Positions 1 through 13,612 of a stretch of DNA of 64,000 bases are shown here, one piece after another. This DNA comes from Dicyema japonicum. Lineage: Eukaryota > Animalia > Dicyemida. The translations under genes and the position numbers were made by a program. A model generated the notes under the pieces. The model worked only from the letters and a program-made list of their open reading frames with translations, was not told the origin of the DNA and did no database searches. Numbering within the stretch: position 1 is the first letter of the stretch; every line of letters starts with the position of its first letter. The DNA lies in assembly GCA_011109175.1 (NCBI GenBank), contig RDEW01000024.1, positions 112,738 to 176,737 on the forward strand, read 5' to 3'.

Positions 1-239
1 GGACTGTATCCTATTCATTGAAAATCATTTTTTCCAGTTAACTGTAAACTGATTTTTATTCCCGCACTCCTAACGCAAATCAGTCACTTCTCCTACCACA
101 ACCAGTGTAGTGTCCTCATAATAATCACACCAGTTCCACAAATTTATTGAAAGTAGTAATGAATCCATCACCAGGGACCGTAATCCAATACCTATGCTCG
201 TTGATCATACTTTCGATAGTTTTGACTGGATGTACTGTA

Positions 240-520
240 TTATTATCTAACACCGAAGAGGCAACACGAAAAAAGGAATTAAATCAACTAATTAAGTGAT
301 CCCGGTAGACTCAACAGGATCGAGAACTTTTTGCTGAGCTTCTACATACAACCCACAGCTTTTCTGAACTCACGACGATCCTCATTGATGAGAATTTGGA
401 GGCGTGGGTTTTTCGCCAATTTACGTGTCTTTCGCTGATTGTTGAAGCGATCGGACTACTACCCACGAGAGTGATGAAGTCGAAACCATTATTCCGGATT
501 GCCGCGTTGTCGAGTAATGA
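240..520 (-). mobile_element. I/Jockey-like LINE 3' end (family whose ORF2 ends ...GIT*); approximate bounds
   Basis: Minus strand ends CCGGGATCACTTAATTAGTTG; homologous to 54200-54660 and 21340-21800, which connect to RT sequence. Confidence 0.7.
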
Positions 521-885
521 GAGAAATAATTGAGCAGATATAATTTTTTAAACATTTTGAGACAATTCCTTGTCGCATTAATATTTTTTAAACGATAAAA
601 CGATTTTATGATTAATTTTAAATAAAATAAAAAATAAAAAAAATTTAAATAAATTATTTATACACGCTGTAGTTACCTCTTGTGGTGTGTTAGTTTTGCT
701 TATTTCTATTTGTATTGATATTTCTTCATTATTGAAAGTGCAAGATTTATCAAATTTTTATCTAATAAATATTTGATTCATCAATTCATCATGTTCTTTT
801 TAATTATGAAGAAATAATTCTTTATTGATATATTTTCCAAATTTCCTCTATTATTTATTGTTTGTTGAATATCATCTCTATTGAA

Positions 886-935
886 GTCGCATGCCATTAC
901 AGTTTCACTAAAATCAGTGTTACAGTACTTGACCT
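886..935. repeat. Dispersed terminus-like repeat (GGTCAAGTACTGTAACA...ATGGCATGCGA), second copy at 41230-41297 in opposite orientation
   Basis: Direct comparison of the two segments. Confidence 0.6.
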
Positions 936-1008
936 TGATGTACAGATACTATGTCTATACTTGAATATGCTTGACTGAATCTATGAATCACACGTAAAAG
1001 TAATTGAT

Positions 1009-2259
1009 TTATAACAACAATCTAGATCTCCTTTTATTGGGGAAGATAGACCCTTCTAACAATTTGATCACCGATGTTAAAATAGAAATATCATTCTTCC
1101 ACATTCTTTTTGTTAGCATTTTTCTTTCTGCATTGTTTAAAATAAAAATTGCTTTTGTTCTCAAAGTTTCATTTGATGACCAAAACCATGCAAGATATTC
1201 AGTTGCTTCAGTTTGTGTTTTTTCATTCCTTGAATCAATTTGCTTGAATATTTCATTCATTTCTTCTTCTGAGTAATGATTATTTATGCTTTCATTGACA
1301 GAATAAGGAGCGTGCAAAGTTGTTGAATGCTGGACAAAATTATAGGAACTTGTAATTTCTTCAATTATGTCTATCCATTTGAAATTCAAATTTTTCGAAA
1401 GGCAGGTTGAAGAAATCATAAATTTCAATGTCTGATTCGGACGCTCGACTTGTCTCTGCACCCAAGGACACCTAGGACGTCCCCTGACGTGTTTTATACC
1501 ATATGTTGAGCATAACTAACATTTTTTCATTTACAAATTCCTTGCCATTGTCCGTGTGCAAAATAGTTGGTTTTCCAAACAATAAAATTATGCTCTTTAT
1601 TGCACACCTCCGTAGCCGATTTACTCTTTAGAGGTCTTACAGCAAAATTTGGAAAAGGAATCCAACCCAACCAAAAGCCAGAAAAAACATTCATTGAAAT
1701 TTGAATAGTGTCGTAGATCAACTAAATCAAAAAATACCTGATATTAGAAGAGGTAACTAGTACCTTTCTCTCACTGTATATGCTCTGATAGGTGTTCATA
1801 AGCCGTCTTGCCAGACATTGTGAACAAGACCTGAGAACAACCATAACTTCATCTCTGCAAGATCCATAGACTAGATTCTTTAGAAAGAAAAAAGTCTATC
1901 ACGACCAGATGTCTATTTTTGAGGTGAAAATTGTCAATAAAAATCCTCTTCTGTTCATTTTCTTTTACAGCGAACACGTGCAATAAGATTCCAATGGACG
2001 AGTGATTCTCTGGTATCGTTTGGTTTGTCCTCTTTTTCTTCTTGTTAGGTCTGTCAAGGGGGTAGCTGTAGAATTTAGATCGCCTTTGATCCAGTTTTCT
2101 ATCACGGAAAACGCTCTTTTTTTGGTTACCGAATTTCTCTGGGCATTCGATAAAGAAATTAAGGTGTCCTATGATACACATGCATATGACATGCATGGTT
2201 CGACGTACTGGCTGTATAGTGATATCAGAACGTGATGATTTCCGATTTTCCATAAACAA
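1009..2259 (-). mobile_element. Degenerate Ginger/GIN-like (KRBA2-type) DDE integrase
   Basis: Across frameshifts: SCSQC zinc motif, DLVDLRHYS, DSFSKF..RPLKSKSATEV, HTDNGKEF, GRPRCPWVQRQVERPNQTLK, W...YN...H.T. Confidence 0.8.
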
Positions 2260-3039
2260 TAGATCTCCTTAAAATGGGAATGCGTCAACTGTTGTCGACT
2301 TTTTTCGAATTTATTGAAGTACCATAAAAATTCTTATATAAATTGTGTAGATTTCTTGAAATTATAATATTCTGGTTATTAACTTAATGTTCACACCTCC
2401 CATTTAAGAACCAAAATTTATATCTTTTTACCACAAAACTTCAAAAGGCATGTCGAAGTTCCAGAATTCTCTTCTCACCTTGGCGTTATCATTAATGCAT
2501 TTTCGTTATGTTATAGCAAATCAAGTGAAAACTGATATACCTACGCATCAAGATTCTTTGCCTTGTGTTGAATGCATACATGATGTGTTGCAGATAAATT
2601 ATTTAGTCAGTTCTTTCTCCATCATCATTGCATAAATGTATTTCCGAAAATCTCAAGTACCCATTTGGCATTCAGATCATAAAAATTAATAAGGAATATT
2701 AAGTCGTCATCAAACAGAGTAATAAAATTCTTGTTACAAAAAATGAGATACTTCACCATGTAAAGTTTAAATAGAAGCATAAATATGCTGCGTTCAATTA
2801 GTAGTTAATTAAAATCAACAGTATTAGAAATACTGGAGTTATCTAAGGAAAAAAGGATAAAGTCATTTTTGGATTATCAAGAATTTATTTAATGAATTAT
2901 AATCTATCAAACCTTAAGAAGAAATCGTGAATTTAAAAATGATATATTGTGTTCTTAAGACATGTTATATCCTGCAATTATTATGTGAGCTGTGTAGGTC
3001 AATGTCTATTTAGCACCATTTAAAATTGCTGGGAATCTC

Positions 3040-3350
3040 TTTTCGTTGGCATCTCCCTTGATCTTCTGCACAGTCGGATTATGATCACATGTTGTTTAAT
3101 AGAAGACTGAGGAGTAATTTTCGATGAAAGTGATGAGGACTGTTACGTAGGGAGATGGGTTGATCCGTCTCTCTGAGTGATGTCCTCGTATTTCTCGATA
3201 TTCAATATCGTTGGGGAGTCAGTAATCGATAGCAATAGTTTCCCTCTCACGTGGACTAGTTGAGCTGAACCATAAAGGAGCTTTGCATTCAGATCTCCGC
3301 AGATCTTATCGAAGGTAGCCAGCCTTAATAAGCTTGGCATAACATAGCTT
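3040..3350 (-). mobile_element. LINE AP-endonuclease fragment (approximate)
   Basis: ICGDLNAK motif and a downstream DH-type motif (GATCATAATCCG). Confidence 0.55.
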
Positions 3351-3539
3351 TTCAGGCAGGAACCAAGGGACAGTCGTAGGTTTCTCGAAGTTGGAAGACT
3401 GAAGAAATTCTTATAAGATAAGCCTTTTCAACAAAGATTCAAACCCACTTGCAAAGATTTACCAACTTTATTTGAGATGAATAGTCAAATAAGCGGAGGA
3501 ATTTGAGAACATTGCTCTTTTCATTTGACCCACAAGGGG

Positions 3540-3700
3540 TTCCACTCTGTTCAAGGAAGATTATTAAAGGGCCAAGATGAGGTCTCTAATGGAACGCATC
3601 GGGGTCACGTGATAAATAGTTTGGTCTTAATGTGGTCTTTAAATGTTTATTTAATTTCTTGGATGTTAAATGAATAATCATAAACACCAGATACACGATC
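3540..3700 (+). mobile_element. I/Jockey-like LINE 3' end
   Basis: CGCATCGGGGTCACGTGA (RIGVT*), near-identical to 30655-30675. Confidence 0.6.
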
Positions 3701-4589
3701 CGCTAATATTTTATTTAAAAAATCAAATATTTATTATTTTTTTCGAAATTTTATTACTAAAAATTAACAGTGCTTTGAAGCATTATGGTAATGGGCAGCT
3801 TTTTTGATATGCATAGTCTAACATGTTTTCAGACATTATTTTCGATAAAAAAACACGTAATCATTTGGGAATGCCTATCCACGATATCTTCACTTCAAGG
3901 GTTATGATACCTGGTTTTCTGAGGTTTTAACACCCTAACACTATAAATATGAAATTTTATGTTTTCTCCTTAAATGGTATTATGTCGCGTCCCACATTGG
4001 TTACATGTCACCTGTCAATCACTGTCAAGCCACATACCAGATGTGCTACTTAATGTGGCTTTGATCATTTTAATTGTGTCGGACATATATAAAATCTTTT
4101 GCCTTTATTCATAAATATTCAACATGTGCTCTATAAAATGTTTATCTTTTTATATGATAATAGGCTTTTTTTATTTCGAATCTGAAAGATGGACTTTGGA
4201 TGCGTAGGTCATTCCACATCAAATAGATTCCACCAGTGAAGTGAAGCGTACTTCTAAGAATAAAGTAATGTCCATGACGGTATGACCTACGATGAAAATA
4301 GAAAGGAGCTAACCTACTTCTACTTCTCTTCTCTGAAGTGGATGCTTGTAAGGTCTATTGGGAAATAAAATTGGTCGACACAAGCATATGTTCTCTTTTG
4401 TGTTTCTTCTTTAGATTAACAAATTAGAACTGTTACTACTGGGCTTACCAAAGATTGTAAGGTGTAAGTTAATTATTAAACTAGAATGAGTCACCGATGA
4501 GTTAATTATAGTCAATATTATGGAAATTATTCTAATATAAAAAATTGTTTGAAAAAACATGTATTGTATGTATAATTGTGTTATGTTAT

Positions 4590-4990
4590 CCAAATAAAGT
4601 CGTGTCCGACCATTAGAGATCCCATGAGCCAATTTACTCCACTCTTCCGATCCTTGCAATTTGAGTAGCCTTGATATAGGCATTCCTTTTCTTCTACAAT
4701 GGATAGTCACTGAGTCTTCGGTCGACCAGGTCTTCTCTTCCCAGTAATATTGCTCAGAATAATGGTTCTTTCCAGGAAATCAGAGCGGACAACATCCCCA
4801 AAGAACGCCAATCTGTGTTTTACGATTCATCGGTAATTGTTATTTTGAAGTCCAAGGGATTCTTAGTAAACTCCTACACCACCAAAGTTCATAAGCATAA
4901 ATTTTTCGTTAATCCGCCTTTTTCAGTATTCATGATTCTGCGCCGTATAAAAAAACCGAGAACACGATTGCATTAACCAGCATGTATGCA
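4590..4990 (-). mobile_element. BovB-like RTE LINE 3' fragment
   Basis: Frameshifted LVNAIVFSV.LYGAES..., YELWCV...RIPWTS, LAFFGDVVRSDFLERTIIL...GKRRPGRP, AHGISNGRTRL follow the BovB C-terminal pattern. Confidence 0.75.
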
Positions 4991-5239
4991 TAATTACTAT
5001 TATCAATATTAAAACCATTTTTTTATCAAAGTATTGAAGATAATGTAATATAAAACAAACGTAGATATATTATTAACCATTGTTTATAAAAACGTTCTTT
5101 TACGTCGACTTGGATAATAACCCATATAATGCCATTTTCAATATTTTTGTTCGCAATTATCGATAGCAATTCCTCGCTTAAAAAACCTTTAAACACCCCT
5201 TAAATACTAATCGCATGGGACAGTGTAACAAGTGCCGAA

Positions 5240-5520
5240 AAAAATCTTGATTGCCACCGGTTGTAATCTCGCTGCTGTACATTTAGATTGAATGTCCCAT
5301 GCATCTACAATGCTTTGAATTGACGCCGTCATCAGTGAATACTTCACTGCGGAACCATATTGTCTACTAGGACTAACACCAAGCAAAATAGATGTAAAGA
5401 ACATTCGTTGGTTTCTTTCTACGATTGATTACCAAAACTATGCTTTACTTTAATAAAGATTGTGTCCTGCCTGTGCTAAGCTATCTGTTTATGGCTCTCG
5501 CAAAAAGTGCTGTTTTTTAA
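5240..5520 (+). mobile_element. tRNA-derived SINE, diverged copy
   Basis: Shares body GACGCCGTCATCAGTGAATAC..CACTGCGGAAC and 3' part TACTTTAATAAAG..TGTGTCCTGCCT with the full-length copies. Confidence 0.75.
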
Positions 5521-5879
5521 GAAATTCTATTTGCCCTGTCTCTTTGAAGCTAGTGTCTCGATTTGTTTCAGTGTTTAATAATTATGTTTAATGGAAGAAA
5601 ATTAACACCTATTTTAGAAAAAAAGATTTTCTCTGTTAATTTTGACTTATACAAATTTAATTTTTTACCGTAAATATGCCAAGTAAATAACATCTAAATA
5701 AATATATCAAAAACTGAGATATTACAACATTACACGAGTCCAATACTAACATCAATATAAAGAGCCAGTTAGATGTGTATGAATTTATAAATCCTACTTA
5801 CAAGTGACATGGCTAGAAATTAAGTTGAGTTTGGCATGATAACTCAATGAAATAAAGTCCGGAACAAAATGACGAGGTT

Positions 5880-5945
5880 TCGGTTCGAATCCCGTTGCTG
5901 TCCATTCGTTTGAAGGTTCCAGCATGAGTGACGCCGACATCAGTG
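5880..5945 (+). mobile_element. SINE head fragment
   Basis: B-box GGTTCGAATCC followed by GAAGGTTCCA..GAGTGACGCCG.CATCAGTG. Confidence 0.55.
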
Positions 5946-6958
5946 TTTCAACACTGAGAATTAGACCGCATTTCCTTTGACGATTTACAAGGAAATGTGT
6001 TCTCGATGAGCCAATGCCTTTCTCTCCGATCATTATTTTTTTCGCGATGAACGAACCGATCCTGTTTAGAAGGATAAGAGATCTGCTTCCAATAATTCCT
6101 TACGTTTCACTGCCACTGATTCTGAAAAAACTGTCACCAAGACATGCATATTTCTTCAACTTTAGGGTCTCAGCCTTCCCTGTAGCAGAACCTGGGTTAG
6201 TTGCAGTCATGATGTTAATATAATATTATTGAAAATTGTTAGCAAACAAAAAAATTTCTGATAGTTAATAAAGTTAGTAATTTTAATTATTTTGTCGTAT
6301 TGTTATGTTGTATTTGTTTTTACTGGAAATTAAATTTTTGTATAATATATATTTATTGACCTGAATAAAAAAATTTGATTTAGTTAAAGGTAAATTCCGA
6401 TTGTCATTTTCTAAGAGAAACTCTTCAGTGTTTGTTTGATACAATTTGCCCCTTGGCACGACGATACTGCTTCATTAGTCTCCCTTAGGCAGTGAGTTTT
6501 CTGAATCGTCCAAGGAATAATTCCATATTTGGGCTCTATACGCATACTCTCCGAAGTTTTCTTGATGACGGTTGATAGATATATGCACGAGTTGACTACT
6601 CTGAGAGGAGACAAAATTGAACGTTAAGACAGTTCATTGACAACTTTATTCGACTTACGTAATGTATGATTCTTCCTTATTCATGGATTAAATTCATGTT
6701 GATCAATGTCTGAAGATGAGATCTATTATTATAATGCCTGATGACCGATTTACTTCAGTTCCGTGGTAGAGGTGGAGTAAAAACTAAGGACAAGTTTTAA
6801 AAAACCACGGCTTGGAAAACTCTACTTATGCTTACGGCTCCATTAAACCTCGAGTCTTTGTCAGGAACGACGTAGAGCTTATTTCGCGGAAAGAAAAGTG
6901 TGAGATCCCAAAAGGAACATATTTGGAAGATGAAGATGCACAGAACGGATTCAAAAAA

Positions 6959-9116
6959 TTAAGAAAAGACAATTTTTCTAATATCGTCAATTGTAAGCTT
7001 ATTAATCCTCTTCTTCTCACAAACAGAAAGCACTTCCTCGGAAATCGCCCGCTTAGTCTGCTGTAGTCTAATAATTCCCTCCTCCACAGTATCAGCACAT
7101 ATCAATCTATGAGCTATCACAAGGTCACTACCTATGTATGGTAACAGCTTTAGTCTGCCCCAATCTGTGGACCCGATCACACATTTGGTCCACCACGGCA
7201 GGATTCCTACCAATTACCCAAACCATAACCAATGAGAGTCCATTAGAAATATATTATTAGCCGAGACTAAATTGAGTCCCACACAGCCGGCCTTCATCGA
7301 TAGAAGCATAATCTACTAATGAACCACCATTACCCTGACGTCATCGCCACGTGTAAAGTCTTGTATAACATTCTGCCGTGAGTGACTAGATAGTTGTCCA
7401 TGGAAGTAGCAAAACGGAATATTAAGTGATTTAATTCTTTCTGCGACAAAGTGAAGCAGCTTAACCCACTGAGAGACCACAATACTAGAATGACCTCATA
7501 AACAACCATTTATCACAACTCCCAGTTAGAGTTTTCTTTAATAGTGTGACGAGCACCCCCAACTAATCCTAGCCCTACAATCATACCTTACTACTGCTCA
7601 CTGACTCTTTATCCTACAATAGTTAACATTGACTACATCAAATAGTCCCACGTGGCAACAACATTGTTGGAGACGAAGGAAGGAGAGGAATAAATGGGAG
7701 TTATCAACGTTAGTTCTAACACATTACAGCAAATATACTTAAATTTTTCATAAAAGTCGTTCTTGCGGGGACAAGTAGATAAAATGATCACAGAATACTT
7801 TAGAAGGGAGACTGATGACTTTGTCCTTAAGCCTCCTCAGGACAAACTTACTAACAAGCAAGTCAAGCAACGGTTTAGCAGTGTCAGAGGGCCTACTAAC
7901 ATACTTACTCCAAAATTAGTGGTTATTGTCAGGAGCAATCCTTAAGAATGACACGAGGGAGTAAAGGTCATCCAGTCTGTTCTGTATCGGAGTGCCAGTG
8001 ATCGCCCACTGTGAGTGAGAGGAGAGCGACAGTACAGCCTTAGTAACCGCAGAACGTCTATTCTTAATAATGTGTGCTTCATCAATGATAACATTATCCC
8101 AGTTAATATCAAGCGTGTCAGTCCTAATGATCCCATAGGTAGTCAACACTATGACGTTTCCACCAACCCCACTAAATATATATCATTATTACTCTAATAG
8201 TCCTCTTCTATTACCTCCATGGTATAGTATCACTCTAATATTACTAAATCTAGCAATCTCCCGCTGCCATTGGTTCAATATTGACAAAGGGCATATTATC
8301 AGATTTTTGCCCCCCTTTAGTAACAAATAGGCTATTATAGTCACTGTCTTCCCCAATCCCATCTCATCACCTACCATATCTACCACTCTAACCAAGGATT
8401 CCACCACTCTTCCGCCATTTCATCCAACCCAACGACACTTTTTGGTGCTCCATCAGCTCTCCATTAAACTCCCCCACACTTTGTACTACACTATAATCAA
8501 AATCATCCTCACTACTACTTACTCCCATTATTACTTTATTATTGCCTCTAGTCCCAATAATAAATCTTCCTCTACTATTTCTTTCTTCCAATTTATTTTC
8601 CCTTTTTCTATTTTATTATTTTCTTTTGTATATTCTTTATAATCACTTGGCAGTTTATTTATTAATTTTGTTTTACTTTGGTTAACCTATATTTTAATAA
8701 AATGCCGCCAAATAATACATTATTGTTTATTTGAGAAGATTTGTCCTCGTTTCCGAAGTAATCTAAGTAAACGATCATTTAATACCATCAGGTACAAGTT
8801 TGAGTTTATTAAACTCCTTTTCCAACTCGAATCCATATTTTTCTAATTTAGCACCAGAATCACTTAGTCTTTGATCATTGATAGTTTGTTTGCATTTCTG
8901 TATATTAATCGTAAATATAAACTATAAAATTTGTTAATTTAGTGTTAAGAACAGTCTTAGCTTCCATTAATTGTTGATTTGTCTTAATAATAGTAGTGTT
9001 ATTTCCAATTCTATATATAATGGGTTTATTAACTGTCGTTAATAATAAAAGATACATTGTTTGTCCTCTATTTTTAATGCATCAAAGCATTCTATCATAT
9101 CACCCACGTCGCCCAT
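6959..9116 (-). pseudogene. TTF2: TTF2/Lodestar SNF2-family helicase, 14 introns of 21-32 nt, about 608 codons; one in-frame TAA (7916-7918) and one frameshift (~7750)
   Basis: Spliced translation gives [75 protein letters not shown] and C-terminal KLTIDDIRKIVFS matching TTF2. Identity is strong; pseudogene versus assembly error is unresolved. Confidence 0.8.
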
Positions 9117-9949
9117 TATTATTTAATTTTATTATTATTAATTAATTATTAATTGAAAATAAATATTAAATAAAAATATGCTTTAGTGGAATAACTATTT
9201 GTAATCCTGACATGTCTTTTCTTCACGATTTTCACACAACAACCTACTTGGTTTAAGATTTCCGTTCTGTTTTTTCCTTCTTTTATTCCTAGACTTTTTA
9301 TTTGATACACTTTACTCGGGAGGCGCTTTGTTCCTTGTCGGTTCCAGAAAAGATCCCTTTTTATCTTACTCCAGTAAAGAAGTTGTCACAATGGCTAATA
9401 TATAGAAAGGACGTGACTGGAATAGAATACATGCAACTTTTTACGGGGGAAAGTATAAAATAATTTTCTGGTATATCCGGGGTTATTAATAAACTGTTGA
9501 TTGATAAGTATTCAATTTATTAACTACTCAAGACCTTTGATGTAGATTTCCTAAGTGCTTTGAGTGTTCGGATTAAATAAGGTCAAATTCTTATGGACAT
9601 ATCTATAATGCAGACTAACGTCACAATTAGATGATACTCGAGAATGTTGTGTTATTTTTTACTATTAAATCGGGTAATTTTAATATTTTGATTAATAGAT
9701 ATAGAAGAACTAGTATTAAACAAAGTATAAGCATTAAAGACTGACAGGTATAGATTGATGACTTCCCTAGCTTCTCACACGACATTGAAGACGACGGTAT
9801 AATTGGTAATTTATGCTAGATACATCAGAAGAATTCGAAGAAGGTAAAATAACTACTCATTACGGTAGATAATCCATATGAATTGGAGGGCGGTATAATA
9901 TCTGGTCATTTGTATAGTTACTGAGGATGAATTCATGGAAGGTAGTGAC

Positions 9950-10960
9950 TTATTTTTTCGCTAGCTTCCACTAATCAACTGGAGCCAAGTATAACGAGAC
10001 AAAATTTCGGCAAGCTTATACTACAGGAGGTATAATGACTGGTCATTTCTAGAATATACCAAACGACATGCAGAGTTATAAGGACAGTTTATTTAACACT
10101 TTAACGACTATTTAGTTCAACTAATATTAACTCCCATTAAGTCATTGCATCACACAAGGCTTGATATATTCTCAAGTACCCACTCGTTTTTTGTTGCTTC
10201 ATACAAAGCTCCATTTAAAGTAAAATCAATAATTAGACTAAACCAGGGATTCCACACATCACCGAATAAGATGCAAGATCGCCTTGCCGGGTACATCAAC
10301 CACTAGACGATATATTGCCCACAAATTGGAGGAAGAAATCAGTCATCGCGTATGAACTGAGCGACTACCAGATTATACTTAAAACAGAACAACGCGGATG
10401 ATATAGTCCTAGTATCTAGGGATGTGAGCATTATCGACTCGAATATTACAGGACAACCTGAATAATCTGAGTTTGTGGCTTTACAAAAATCAATTGAGAC
10501 CAACTCCACAGAAGTCAGTATTGACTCTTTTCACATCAAACAGAAGACTGGAAAAACTATTAATCGACGTCAAATTAAACGGAAAAACTATCCCGCAAAT
10601 CCTAGAAGATCCTCGGAGTTACCTTCGACACCTTAACCTTTTCGTCAATGTTGAAAAGGTAGTAAAGGATTATAAAAAAAGATTAACTTCATGAAGGTTT
10701 TCTGGGAAATTTAAAAACTCTAGAGGCCAAATTGGATACCCTCTAAAGGCAGTACATTGAACCTACAATTTATTATGCATGTGCTGCCTGGGGGACAAAA
10801 CTTTCACCAACGAACTTGACCAAGATCTATAATATTCAATCAATGTCGACGAAACTATTGAGGAAGTCTTCTTGCAAGGAAATCCTGTCAGAAGCTTTGA
10901 ACAGGATTAATGTGACTGTGAAATTTTCGTGCGTTGAACGCCGCGCCCTTATCGTAAATG
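9950..10960 (+). mobile_element. I/Jockey-like LINE RT remnant (approximate)
   Basis: ADDIVLVSRD (RT motif C) at ~10410; IEPTIYYACAAWG at ~10760. Confidence 0.65.
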
Positions 10961-11029
10961 TACCGGAAAACTGTCTGAACACACGGAAAAGATGCGGAGA
11001 CTGCTGAGGTAGATCAGGATAATTTTTTA

Positions 11030-11450
11030 TTCGGCTTAGCAGTTTTTTTATTAATATAACAATTAAACAAATGTCAGTTTCAGGAAGCCTGCTGCGTGGA
11101 TTGCGAACGGGTTCCCTCGGAGTATGGCTATTCCAATCTTTTGTCTTAGCCATAACCCTTCTCGTTGATCCCTTTTCTTTCTTAGCAGTTAAAAATTTTT
11201 TTTTGAAATTTGCAATTTTCTTGTTACCTTAAAATTATGTTAACGCGATATGCTCTGGTGATATCTTTTTTGGATATTATATGAACACTATTCCGCCGAA
11301 GACCTAGCACATTAATTCCTCTTAGAAAAGGGAATTCGTCTATGATGCAGCATCACTTGTCCAGAATGCTCTGAAACCTACCATGGATTCGTCTAATTTA
11401 AATCTGTGGTCGCCTGTGTTATTATTCACAAACATTACTCACCTCTAAGA
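11030..11450 (-). mobile_element. CRE-clade non-LTR element, RLE C-terminal fragment
   Basis: GDQREGLWLRQKIGIAILRGN followed by short poly(A); homologous to 42665-43266. Confidence 0.65.
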
Positions 11451-11522
11451 CACGACTGCTATCTTTATGGAAAAAGTAATCAAATATCAAAGATACAGTC
11501 AGTATATAAATATATTTTAATT

Positions 11523-12110
11523 TTAAATGTCTACGTTTATATTAGCATTATTAAATAAGGATCGACAGAGTTTTTCGATCTCCTCAATCTGTGCAGGTAG
11601 AAAGTACGTCCTTGCTGCAGGAAAATAGAAATCATAATCACCATTGATCTTTATTAAATTATTTGTAAATACCTGCATTGTGCTATATATTGGGTCTATT
11701 ACCCATGGAATCTCATTTACAAATGTTGTTTCTCCTGTTATGAAATAATACATCAACATCTCTTATATGCTCACATGACATTGGAATATTCTTTAATAGC
11801 TTCAACACTGCATGAGAAATAAGATACCTCAATACACTAATTTTTTACTTATACTTTATACCCGAAATATACACAATTGTCTTGTTTGTGTTTTAGTGAA
11901 CTCATATCTCAATGATCTCTAATTATTTAACGAATGTGTTGTGCTAGCATCTTCCCTTTCTGGATTTTTTAACTAACAAACTGTTTACTTTTTTCATATT
12001 TCTTTGACTGCATTTAATGCCATTTGCGAGCTACAATAACTATTATTAGATACATTTTAACCCGACACTTCTTCATTTTGTTTAAAACTCCATATATCCC
12101 ATTATTTGAT
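11523..12110 (-). other. Unidentified, probably decayed gene with micro-intron-like segments
   Basis: GT-AG segments of 20-24 nt (gtatctaataatagttattgtag, gtatcttatttctcatgcag, gtatttacaaataatttaataaag); last exon reads IPWVIDPIYSTMQ/INGDYDFYFPAARTYFLP; upstream frames broken. Confidence 0.3.
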
Positions 12111-13544
12111 TACTCGTGCAACAAACACTATTACAGTTAGTATTTTATATTTAATTTGTATTTTTTAATTATAATAAATTTTAACATTATTAATTAACAT
12201 TTGTATTTCTTTATGTCACAGAATGATACAAAGTCTGAAGTCGCTGAGATAATATGAATGTGTATTTTTTGTCAACAAAACCACCGATTATCGCTATAAT
12301 CGCAAGTGGTCATAGAGATCGCTAATTAAAGTGAGAACTCATGCAAACTCTTTATCTGAATTGAATCAACTTTTAATGATATGTGTTGTAGAAATCCTCG
12401 TTTCTGACTGTTTTGACGTTTATTTTAGTTCCCTAAAATATTTTATGGTCCTCCTTAATTGATTGATCTGTTGATATTTTTTTTCGAGTTCGATTCAACT
12501 TCCTTAAATTAATGCCCCACTTTTGTAGGCAACTGAGAATGATAAATCCTCAAACTATCTGTTCTGGATAATATTTTTATTCCCATCAAAATGTAGGTGT
12601 ATGGTCGTTGTAGAAAACCACTTGTTTGTGATGAAAATTTTGTAAATTCTGTTAATGATTTGATCGCCTCACTAGAAAACGAAAGCTATAATATGACTTT
12701 GTTGCTCTCTACCATTTCGAAATTTTACATGAGAATGTTCTATAATGATAAAGTCACTAACTTTACCGTATGTTCGTCAAATGACTTTTTTCTAACCAAC
12801 CTGCTACTAAGTCATTTTTGTACGACATACTAGCGACAGTCAAAATTTTATCATATTTTATAAAGTTTACGTTAAAGATGTAATAAGCTATTATTACTTC
12901 CTGATGAGATTATCTGTGTTGGAATCGGTTTGATGACGTAATTTCATTCTTTCTTAATTGTGAAATTGGTTTTATTGCATTTGCTGATCAATTGACTGAT
13001 AGTATTTTTAAAATATCAAACTTTCTGAAAAAAAGTATTTTTGGATTTACTTTGTTTGCTGGAAAGGTTAAGAATGCTAGAATTCTATTCAGGGAGAAAG
13101 ATGCTCTTTCTCTAGAAATGTTGATTATGAACTGAAATTGTCTTCTCATATGTTATTGTAATTTTTATTTGTTTAGATAATCTGTCCAGCCCAGTTGGGT
13201 TGGTTTATTGTTTAAATTATCTGTCGTTAACCAGTCATTGGATGATTTATTGAGAATGTGGCAAGTTTGGAGGAAATTTTATTTTGTAATGGGATTCTCA
13301 TTGAAAGATGTCTGTGAGGACAGTAGTGAACAATCCAGGCAATTTCAAGCTGTCTAAATTGTTGCATTGAGGTTATTTATATATATTCTATTACTAGTCT
13401 TTCTAACTTTATGCCAAAATGTTATAATTATGGAATTTTATCAATTGATTATTTTTACAAAAGGGTGGATTCCATGTCGACTTTTAACTTGCTTCACTCA
13501 TCTATGGCAGAAAGGGAATCACTTACAAATACAATTGTTCGCGC

Positions 13545-13612
13545 AGTGAGGGCGGCAACTACCTGACTTCTATTATTTAATTATAAACATAACTTAATTA
13601 AAAAAAATTGTT
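13545..13612 (+). mobile_element. CRE element extreme 3' end
   Basis: CAGTGAGGGCGGCAACTACCTGACTTCTATT identical to 15145-15176, then poly(A). Confidence 0.65.

Noticed and set aside
11685-11710. Inositol monophosphatase (WVIDPI motif)
   Set aside because: Surrounding residues do not fit the family
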